DNA of 63,988 bases, counting the filler, from Aduncisulcus paluster (lineage: Eukaryota), in the NCBI GenBank assembly GCA_024181965.1. It is 5 parts of 5 records of this genome, joined end to end, with 100 filler letters (N's around TTAATTAATTAA, not from the genome) between each part and the next. Parts side by side here need not be neighbours in the genome. Positions count along the whole stretch, not along the records: positions 49,236 to 60,274 come from BQXS01009977.1; positions 60,375 to 63,988 come from BQXS01010003.1; 3 more parts are not named here. One strand, 5' to 3'. Below the pieces are notes generated by a model, which was not told the origin of the DNA, searched no databases, and saw only the letters and a program-made list of their open reading frames with translations. The translations under genes were made by a program, and so were the position numbers. Numbering within the stretch: the stretch's first letter is position 1; the number at the start of each line of letters is the position of its first letter. Below are positions 56,688-63,988 of the stretch, piece by piece.

Positions 56688-57683
56688 TTAAGGTTCCTCT
56701 TTCTCTATTTCTTTCTTGGTTATTCCTTTTCCACCAAACCATAAAAAGTTCATGGGAATATAAGATACAATCTCAGTAATTCCTTCTTCTTTAGTTCTTA
56801 AAAACCGCTTTAACTGTGCAATAACCTCCTCTGATCCTCTTAATATGGGTTCAACAATCTCTTTGTCACAAGAACATATCATATGAGTGGCCTCGAACCC
56901 ATTAGAACAGAGAATATCAGCAAGAGGATCATTGGTCCCAAATACAGGCTCTGCTCCCATATCCTTGAAGAATTGCATCAAGTTTACAAGTGGAACTGCA
57001 GCTGGATGCGGTTTTATGGTGGCCATATTGGTGGCAGTCCCACAAATAAAACTTCCTTCACACATAAGGAAAGAACGGGCATTATTCATTATATTACAAA
57101 CACCAGGATACGGAATATACTCTAATAGCCCTTCCAAGACAACAATACTCGGAAGGGAGGAATCAAATCCAGATGTGGACACAAAATTCTCCCAGGAAGC
57201 TGTCTCTCGTAAATCTAGGGGATGATATTCAACTTTCTTAAAATTTTGACATAATAACTCACCAGATTCAGCAAGTTTTGAAGAGATGGCACCACTGACT
57301 TCCGATACAACTGGAGAGAGATCTGTTAGGAACCAAGAAACATTCTGAGCAACAGAATCTGGGAATTTCAGACGAAAGGGCCGAGTATCACACCCACAGG
57401 CCAATATGACAACTTGGGAGATTCCCTTATCGATGATACAATCGCTAACATATTCATCCAATTCTTTAGTGCGAATTCCAGTCCAAGGAACCAATTGAGA
57501 GTGTTCACTAAATGACATAACTTGTTTCAATATTTCAAAACCTTTGCCTTCAGCTAAGTAGCTTGCCATAGGATCATTGATTAGCGCTTGAGGGTGAGCA
57601 CTTTCCCGGGCACGTTCAGCAGCAAGATACAATGAAGTTAAGGATACAGATGCGAATCCAGAAGGGTTTACAATAGATTTCAT
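56688..57683 (-). CDS. SAM-dependent methyltransferase, leucine-carboxyl-methyltransferase superfamily (bacterial ML2640-like type)
   Basis: VSLTSLYLAAERARES....LINDPMA; IRTKELDE; QVVILACGCDTR.FRL; DLR...W; GFD...P..V.LEGLL.Y. Likely ATG is at 57683. Confidence 0.85.
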   Translation of the reverse strand: MKSIVNPSGFASVSLTSLYLAAERARESAHPQALINDPMASYLAEGKGFEILKQVMSFSEHSQLVPWTGIRTKELDEYVSDCIIDKGISQVVILACGCDTRPFRLKFPDSVAQNVSWFLTDLSPVVSEVSGAISSKLAESGELLCQNFKKVEYHPLDLRETASWENFVSTSGFDSSLPSIVVLEGLLEYIPYPGVCNIMNNARSFLMCEGSFICGTATNMATIKPHPAAVPLVNLMQFFKDMGAEPVFGTNDPLADILCSNGFEATHMICSCDKEIVEPILRGSEEVIAQLKRFLRTKEEGITEIVSYIPMNFLWFGGKGITKKEIEKEEP

Positions 57684-58154
57684 TTTTTTTTGGATGTTGA
57701 GCCCTCCAATCGAATTCTGCTTGTGATTCTTTAACATAAATCTCCAATAGGCAAACGAAATATGTTACAATGTATTATTTAGATTTCAAAATGATAATAA
57801 ACATTATTATTCCGTTCAATCTCAACATATTGGAACGATTGGAAATATTTCTGAAAATTAAATATAAAATGCCGTTTTAGAAGTTAATTTAGAATACAAT
57901 ATGAACAATTATAAGAGATTAAATCTGAATAATTTGCATATTATGTTATATTGGAATTGGATATTGCGCCAAGACAAACTCTCGAATCTAGTTATTGGAT
58001 TGCACATCCAAACAGCTTCTCGTGAGTATTTGATAGAATTATCATCAATTTTTATTCCATATTTATTCCTTCCTTTGTCGCCGAAATACAACGAAAAAGA
58101 ACCAATCCAAATTTTCTAAAAATTTCTGTTCTTGCTGATAGTACGAGGATAGAA

Positions 58155-60274
58155 ATGCAATCAATGAAAAAAACGAAATTAGTATGTTTGATTTTGATTA
58201 TTTTGAATTTCTATAAGCATTCTATTCCTGCCTTTCGAAGAGACAACATGATGTTGTCAACATCTGTCCTGGAGGAATGAAATATATCTTAATGTGACTT
58301 TCAATTTATATTATTTCTTTGCTTATTTTTTTAATAGAATACCTATATTGATCCTATTTATATTCATGAGGGTAATCGAGAATCCATCCCTATTCCACGA
58401 GATGACGCCAGAATTATATCTCCTCCATTCTCTTTAATCAAAGCAAAGGGTGAAAAATGGAGCAAAGGGGCTGGATACGATGATAAGAGCATTGGGGCTC
58501 AATCAATGCTGAAAGGAGAATCATCTGTTTCTGTCTCTGATATGTCAATACCCTTCGCTGAGCCCCAAAACATCAATGGTGCATATATTTGCATTTTTAG
58601 TGAATGGAGTTGCCCACCTCTTGTTTTTACATTTTATCATTCAGATGGTACGAGCATGCAGAAAGAGTATATGTTTGCAAATTGTAAGATATCTCATTCT
58701 TGGAACTTTCTCCCTATTTCTTTGGATAATATCACTCGTTGTGAGATAAAAGTTAAAGAAAAGGAAGGAAAAATCACGAATTTTATCTTCTACTCCCTCG
58801 CTTTTATCCGCAGAGAGGAATGTGTGTCTTCTTGGGATTCTAAAAAGAAATTCTGGTCATCAATTCCCTCTATTCCTGCAAAGTTTATTTTTAGATGCCA
58901 AGGAAACACCCTCCCCATCTCCCGAGATGACAAATCTGTGGTTATTCCATCTCTCACCGATGTTTCTGCCTTCGATCGAACAAAAAGTAAGGAATCCCGT
59001 CGCTATGATGTGAGTCTTGAAGCTCAAGAAATGCTTAAAGGGGAGAATTGTCTTGATGAAGTCTCTTTTATGTCTATTCCTTTCTCTTCCCCCTGTGATC
59101 TGTCCGGGGTCTATATATCTTCAAATTATAATAGTTCTCCGTCTCTTATTATCACTTGCACACAGGTGGATGGCAGGGTTCGAACCAAGAAATATGAATT
59201 CGTAAAACCTAAACATTGGACGGAGTGGTTCTTCCTTCATATTGATCTCGAAAATGTGACCAAGTGTGAGGTTGAAGGGAAAGGGACATGGAATGATATG
59301 AACAGTCTTAATTTTGTAATCAGTAATTTCATATGCGTTCAAAAAATGAAGGATTCGCCTGGTACAAAGTCTCTCTCTGATCCTGCTCTTGTTTCCTCTT
59401 CCTCTTCATCTTCCTCCTCTTCCTCAGCATCCTCTTCCTCCTCTTCCTCAGCATCCTCTTCATCTTCCTCCTCAGCATCCTCTTCACTCACTCAGAATCC
59501 AAATATATCTTCTCTTCCTTATTCAGAACAAGATATTATCGATATCGATCATACTGAGGAAGAGCCAAAGCAACCATTGATAAATCGGGATATTGCTCTA
59601 AAGGGTGAAAAGGAAAAGGGAAAAGCCAAAGATAGCCTAGAAGATTCCAGTGAAGATTTTTGGGAGTTTGTCGAGAGTGATAATGATCCAAATTTAGACA
59701 CAGCAGTGGCGCTGCCAAAGCATGACAACGATCAGAATCATATTATTCAACAAAAAGACAAAGAAACTGAAGAACCAAAGAAGAAAGAAGAAGAAGAAGA
59801 AGAAGAAGAAGAAGAAGAGGAAGAAAAGGAAGAAGAAGAGGAAGAAAAGGAAGAAAAACCTAGATTACAAGAAAAACGGACACGAGAGAAGGAAGAGGAG
59901 GAAGAAGACAGTATTCTTGAACTTGATGGATCCTCTTCCTCTCCAATTGAAGCCTCAAATGAGTCAGTGTTTAACCCTGAGTTTATTCATGAAGGTGATT
60001 TGGAGAGTATTCCAATTTCACGAGATGCCCCAATCATTGTACATCCGTGTTATTCTAAGATTAAGGTAACCGATAATTCTTTAAATTCGTCATCGAGATA
60101 TTATGATCTTAATACCCAAGTTCTTGGAATGTTTAGAGGGGAAGATCGATCTGTATTCTTATCCCATCTCTTCATTCCTTTCCAAATAACCAGTGATATT
60201 AAAGGTGCGTATATTTGTGTGAATAAGTATTATAGTTCGCGATCTCTCATATTTACTTTCTCTCGTACTCCCGT
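58155..60274 (+). CDS. Protein with at least 3 copies of an unnamed ~150-aa repeat domain and poly-Ser/poly-Glu linkers; exons 58155-58181 and 58338->60274, intron 58182-58337; 3'-truncated
   Basis: Spliced MQSMKKTKL|NTYIDPIYIHEGNRESIPIPRDD; repeated SIPF...GAYIC...L.FTF...KKYEF...W.FL.IDL.NV..CE; GTATGT...AATAG intron. Confidence 0.8.
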
Positions 60275-60374
60275 NNNNNNNNNNNNNNNNNNNNNNNNNN
60301 NNNNNNNNNNNNNNNNNNTTAATTAATTAANNNNNNNNNNNNNNNNNNNNNNNNNNNNNNNNNNNNNNNNNNNN
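60275..60374. other. Artificial contig linker
   Basis: N44-TTAATTAATTAA-N44. Confidence 0.98.
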
Positions 60375-60393
60375 ATAGATATTTTAGAACACA

Positions 60394-63300
60394 ATGGATC
60401 CAAAACCAACCTCAGAACGTAGCCAAGATATTGTATGTTTCTGAAAGTTTTTGAATTTATACATTTTATGATGTTTGATATCATTAATTTGAAAAATAAT
60501 GCCCATATTGCTTTCATAACCCCTTTTCTGTTTCGGGTGTTTTTTATTGCTTTATTTCCACCAAATGCCCAATTAATTTGTTAGATTCAAGAAGTTAAAC
60601 CAAAGTTTATTCATGAAGGTGACGAATCTAGCTCTCCAATTCCTCGGGATTCCCCGAATGTTAAGAGTCCTGATATAACTGTTATTGAAGCCAAGAATAG
60701 GACCAAGGAAGAAGGTGATGAAGACTATGATCAGAGTTCTAATGCACAAGAGATGATGAAAGGAGAGGAGGTTTCTTGGGAATCATTTAAATTTACAGAT
60801 ATCTCCCTTCCTTTCTCCACCTCTGCTCCCATTAAAGGTGCTTATATTTGTATTGGAGGAAAATATTTCTGTCCACCCTCACACCTTATCTTCTCTCTTA
60901 CATCTTCAAAGGGGGAGAAAATGGTTAAAAAATATGAATTTCCTGAATTAGAAAATGATAGCTGGTTCTTTCTCCCTATTGATCTCTCTGATGTTATTCT
61001 GTGTGAGATTAAAGGGAAAGGGAGAAAGAAAGAGTCTTTTAGAATCTACTCCCTTGTTTTCATTTGTAGAGAAGAAACTCCTGAAGAAATCAAAGCTCAT
61101 GAAGCCAGAGAGAAACTATGGTCTGAAAGTCCAGTTGTGAAACCAGAATTTGTTCAGGAAGGAGATAGAGATTCTATTCCTATTCCACGTGATGATCCAA
61201 AGCTTGTAGATCCTTCATTCTCAATGGTTAAGTGCAAGGATGATTTGGTGAGTAAGGAATCTAAGAAGTATGATCAGAGTTTAAGAGCACAAAGAATGTT
61301 AAAAGGGGAAGATGATGTATGGTTATCCCATATTTCTATCCCTTTCCCATCACCTAGTCCAATGAAAGGTGCTTATATCTGTGTGAATAAGAATGCTAGT
61401 TCACCCTCTCTTCTCTTCACTCTCACTGATTGTGATGGTAAGAAGACATCCAAGAAGTATGAATTCACAGTCCCTGAAGATGAATATGAATGGCACTTCC
61501 TTCCTATTGAATTAGACAATATTGTATTGTGTGAGATTGAAGGGAAAGGAATTTGGATAGAGAAGAATAGTCGATGTTTTATCATCCTCTCCCTCGTATT
61601 CTTTCGAGAAGAAACCCCTGAAGAACGTCATATTCGAGAATCCATTGAGGAGCAATGGTCTAAAGCTGTATGTTCATTATATTTTATTGGTTTAATATTT
61701 TCACATTTCTTTGTTATATTATTTGATACGATTCACGCTAATCTTGTTTTACAATATTATCTCTCAATTTATTTCTAATACCATTATATATCTCTTTTTC
61801 AAAAATGATATGTAGCCCACCATTAAATCAGAGTTTATGAATTCTGGCGATGCATCTGCCATCCCCATTCCACGTGGTAATGCAGCCGTTAATAATCCTT
61901 CTTTTGAGATGGTCAAGGGAAAGAATGATTCGAAGAGTAAGGAATCTGAGGAGTATGACCGAAGTGAAAAGGCTCAAGAAATGTTGAGAGGTGAAGGTAG
62001 GGTGGAATTGTCCCATCTTTTCATTCCTTTCCCATCGCCTAGTCCAATGAAAGGTGCTTATAGCTGTGTGGATAACCGTCATGGTTCACCCTCTCTTCTC
62101 TTCACTTTCACTCTTTCGAATGGTAAGAAGATATCTAAGAAGTATGAATTCACAAGACCTGAACATTACTATGAATGGCACTTCCTTCCTATTGATTTGG
62201 ATAATGTTGTATTGTGTGAGATTGAAGGGAAAGGAATGTGGAAGGGGAAGAATAGTCGATGTTTTGAAATCTTTTCTTTAGTTTTCCTTAAACGGCATAT
62301 TTTATTGGGAATAGTTGAATATATATATAAAGGAAACTTTGAATGCATTCCAATCCCTCGAGATGATCCAACATTTATCAGTCCAGATTTTACTGCAATT
62401 AATGCAAGAAAGAAAACAGAATATAAAAGTGATTACCAAGATTTTGATGATGAGAGAGAAATCTATGTTGATACGAGCGATTCTGCACAAGCGATAATGA
62501 AGGGAGAGTTTGGTCGTTTTCAGTTTTCTCATATATCCATTCCTTTCAAACCATCATCAACATCTATAAAATGTGCATATATCTGTCTACGATTTCATCA
62601 GAAGTTTTCTACGTCTCTATCTCTTCTATTTACATTCACTTCTTCAAATGGAAACAAAATATCATATTTATATAAATTTGATACTGAATCCGAAGATTGT
62701 GGTTGGTTTGAGCTTTCAATTGGTCTCCCTGATGTTGTTTCATGTGATATCAAAGGAGACGAAGAAAAAAGGGAGAATTTTGATATTAATTCCCTTGCTT
62801 TTTATCGAGAAGATACTCCTGATGAAGAGATTGCTCGAGAAAAACAAAGAATATATCTTAAAGAACTCTGGTTGAAATCCCCGCCTGTGATACCAATGTC
62901 TGTAACCAAAGAAATTGTAGATTCTATTGATGATACCTCAATCATAAATCCTTCATTCTCAGATGTTACGTGTAAGAATAATGTATGTTGTAAGGAATCT
63001 GAGTATTATGATCAGAGTTCAAATGCACAAAAAATGTTAAAGGGGGAAGGTATTGCATTCTCCTTATCCCATCTTTCCATCCCTTTTCAATCATTTAATT
63101 CAATTAAAGGTGCATATATTTCTGTTTCTAAATATTTAATTCCTGCCCTTCTCTTCACTTTCACTCTTTTTAATGGAAAGAAGATATCTAAGAAGTATGA
63201 ATTCACAGAAGATCTACATAAATCTGAATATTACTTCTTTCTTCCTATTGAGCTTCCAAAGGTTGTTTTATGTGAGATTCAGGGAGAAGGAAAATCGAAA

Positions 63301-63988
63301 CATGGGAAGGGTCGTCGAAGTTTTCAAATGACATCCCTCTTTTTCATTAAAGGTGAAGAGATTCCTCCCCTTCCTTCAGATTCCACAAAGCTTATCAAAC
63401 ATGACTCTTTCACTCTCACCTCCTCTGCAACCATCACTCCTCAGTGCATCATTGGTCATGGTGGATTTGGTGAAGTTCTTCTTGTTGAAGTTGAAGGTAT
63501 TCCTATTCCTTGTGTTCTGAAGAAAATGCTCCATGAAGCTGATGAAAGGGTTGTTAACGGATGTCAAAAGGAGTTCAAGATGCAACGAAAGTTATTTAAC
63601 AACCCCAAATGTTTCAATCGTATCCCTCGTCCTTTGTATATCCTTGACCTTCTTGATGCAGATATGAAAGGTGAATATGGATTTATCATGGAATATTGTG
63701 CTGGAGGCAGTGTGAGTGCATTTGCTAGAAGTTGGTGTGATGATGGCAAGTATGTGAGTGATATTGGTGATGCTGATGATAGTGAAGATTCTGATTCATC
63801 TTGTATTTCTGATTCTGACTCCAAGTATAATATTGGCACAACTCATTTTGATCCCATGACACTAAATCCTGTGAAAGTATGTTCTCTCTGTGTTGGCATG
63901 ATTGAGTGTCTTGATGATGTGTTTAGAGCAAAGAAAGACCTTGTCCATCGAGATGTCAAACCTGATAACTTCCTTGTTCGTGTTGATC
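60394..63988 (+). CDS. Five tandem ~150-aa repeat domains fused to a protein kinase; exons 60394-60432, 60585-61667 and 61816->63988; runs off the window end
   Basis: Phase-0 introns 60433-60584 and 61668-61815 (GTATGT...AG) restore one frame. The kinase starts near 63430: IIGHGGFGEV, CVLKK, CQKEF, FIMEYCAGGS, LVHRDVKPDNFLV. Confidence 0.88.

Noticed and set aside
15809-60374. Recurrent TTAATTAATTAA palindromes within N runs
   Set aside because: These are synthetic contig-joining linkers. Adjacency of the 58155 and 60394 repeat genes across a linker is not evidence of a cluster.
61668-61778. TM-like C-terminus on ORF 60753-61778
   Set aside because: It is a translation of the T-rich intron 61668-61815, not a membrane anchor.
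1-63988. Alternative genetic code (TAA/TAG = Gln, as in hexamitid diplomonads)
   Set aside because: Conserved genes end at the expected positions with TAA (protease, IFT80) or TGA (eIF6, BUD32), TAG ends the TH1 gene, and long ORFs have no in-frame TAR codons.

Overview
This is an AT-rich, gene-dense eukaryotic draft genome. It is five separate contigs joined by 100-nt N/TTAATTAATTAA/N linkers (15809-15908, 31615-31714, 49136-49235, 60275-60374), so gene order means nothing across those points. The standard genetic code is used (TAA, TAG and TGA all end genes), intergenic spacers are short, and introns are few, short and of the GTATGT...AG type. Flagellar genes (IFT80, a TTLL glutamylase), LRR/EGF surface proteins and a lineage-specific repeat-kinase family suggest a free-living fornicate such as Aduncisulcus; that assignment is from recall, not a search. 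Recognisable genes are eIF6, a Ubc7/UBE2G-type E2, a RING-box protein missed by the ORF track, a 26/29-kDa-type papain protease, a STE20 kinase, Bud32, IFT80, TTLL, a haemolysin-III protein, a TmcB-like membrane protein, a motorless myosin TH1 protein, a pseudo-guanylate kinase and a bacterial-type SAM methyltransferase. Three observations stand out. (1) An unnamed ~150-aa domain occurs in tandem in several proteins and is fused to a kinase. (2) A 117-bp TG...CA solo-LTR-like insertion is revealed by an empty paralogous site. (3) A dense cluster of palindromes and inverted repeats at about 55.17-55.55 kb is a candidate structured RNA. There are no CRISPR arrays, and I recognised no rRNA or tRNA genes.
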